This document shows positions 62,926-64,000 of a DNA stretch of 64,000 bases, one piece after another (position 1 is the stretch's first letter; every line of letters begins with the position of its first letter). The notes under the pieces were generated by a model. It did not search any database, was not told where the DNA came from, and was given only the letters and a program-made list of their open reading frames with translations. The stretch spans positions 32,001 through 96,000 of the forward strand of contig OZ242260.1 of NCBI GenBank assembly GCA_965207065.1. The letters are read 5' to 3'. The stretch comes from a bacterium (GTDB taxonomy: Bacteria; UBA8248). The position numbers and the translations under genes were made by a program.

Positions 62926-63000
62926 TTTCTTCCTGCTTGTTTACGCCGAACGCGCTGAACGAACACACCGGGGCGTTCCCAAGAGGAAACACCGCCTTGC

Positions 63001-64000
63001 TTATTTCTTGCGCGCACCAAACGCGCCGGCAGCAATTCCGTTCGTGAAATTGGCGTTAAATTCGCCAACTAGGACGGGAGGTGCGTCCGCCTCTGCACGG
63101 TTGGCAGCACTGTGGAACTGTCCACTGATGGAACCGGCTGCGCCGCCGCCGGCCGCCGTTCCGTTTTCCAAAGCGAATCCACTAGTAATGCCGGCCGCTA
63201 CGTTCACGTTCCACTTGTTAGCCGGACCGCCATCGAGATCAAAGTTCGATATCGTCCCTTGTATCGTATTCGCATTTCTCAGGGTTGATTCATCGAAATA
63301 AGCCTTAAGACTCACATCCGCCGTGAATCTTCCGGAGGTCGCCGTGTCCAGGGTACCATCTTCTTTCTTGGCTTCGTGAACATAGACGCCAGCAGCTTCA
63401 CCCTCATATTCGGCCATGCCCGTGACGGCATCAAGGCTGGTCGCATTTGGAAGGCTGGACGTCGCGAAGGTCTGGACCGTTTCGTACTCGGTGACATTGC
63501 CGCCCTGCGTCTTTGTGTCGAGCCAGAAACCATAGGTCATATAGTCGCCATCCGGCTTTGATACCGTGGCGCCAGCAGCCGGGGTGAATTCCCATTCGCT
63601 TGCGTTCAGTTCATTGAACTTGCCCATGGTATTGGTTGAAACGGTACAACCACCGGACGCTACACACCTGAAAGTACCGGACGCGCCATCAAGCATTCCC
63701 GAGAATTGCGACGCCCTGCCTGTGGCGGTATCGGCGTCATATTGAACATAAGTCTGGGTTTGGTTTGCCTGGTTAGGGAATTTCGAGGAAGCAATTTTCC
63801 CGTTATCGGCCTCTAAGACCGCATAGGTGTCCATTGCGGTCGTGTCAGTATCCCTGTCGACGGTGAGATCATATTCACTGCTGAATGCAACCTGATCGGG
63901 AACTTCGATGTCCGAGTGCAGAACGATGATTTTCCTGTCCGATCCTATGTTCCGAACGAGCATCTGTCCGTTACCGAAGGAAGCCACCCTTTCGTACATC
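63001..64000 (-). CDS. TbpB-like surface protein, C-terminal part (start beyond window)
   Basis: DGDYMTYGFWL, AEYEGEAAGVY, SGRFTADVSLKAYF, VGEFNANFTNG.AAGAFGARKK. Confidence 0.8.
   Translation of the reverse strand, partial: MYERVASFGNGQMLVRNIGSDRKIIVLHSDIEVPDQVAFSSEYDLTVDRDTDTTAMDTYAVLEADNGKIASSKFPNQANQTQTYVQYDADTATGRASQFSGMLDGASGTFRCVASGGCTVSTNTMGKFNELNASEWEFTPAAGATVSKPDGDYMTYGFWLDTKTQGGNVTEYETVQTFATSSLPNATSLDAVTGMAEYEGEAAGVYVHEAKKEDGTLDTATSGRFTADVSLKAYFDESTLRNANTIQGTISNFDLDGGPANKWNVNVAAGITSGFALENGTAAGGGAAGSISGQFHSAANRAEADAPPVLVGEFNANFTNGIAAGAFGARKK

Noticed and set aside
1-64000. CRISPR array, tRNA or rRNA genes
   Set aside because: No regularly spaced short repeats with unique spacers and no cloverleaf or rRNA signature seen

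Overview
A 64-kb accessory/genomic-island region with no housekeeping genes, rRNA, tRNA or CRISPR array. It appears to hold two or three related, differently decayed copies of one mobile module. The module reads (minus strand): ankyrin gene, TPR-like gene, a variable slot holding a nucleotidyltransferase-type toxin-antitoxin pair, tandem TbpB-like surface lipoprotein genes A and B, a conserved ~300-nt structured non-coding element, and a MOBF (TrwC-like) relaxase disrupted by RIT elements. Other content: a complete RIT (three tyrosine recombinases, 88-bp terminal inverted repeats) inserted in the relaxase Walker A motif; an ORF-less group II intron; a putative defence block (frameshifted ParA, AAA-DUF4143, 1340-aa STAND NTPase with a C-terminal PD-(D/E)xK-like domain); tandem arm-domain integrases; a candidate MOBF oriT with a leading region (ssb, DUF4326, DUF2493/SLOG, an acidic peptide, a Cys-rich protein, long hairpins); many TA modules; and IS remnants. 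The most novel-looking signal is the mosaic lipoprotein cassettes (near-identical DNA blocks flanking highly divergent segments), each followed by the same structured non-coding element. All family calls come from motif recognition by eye; no database search was run.
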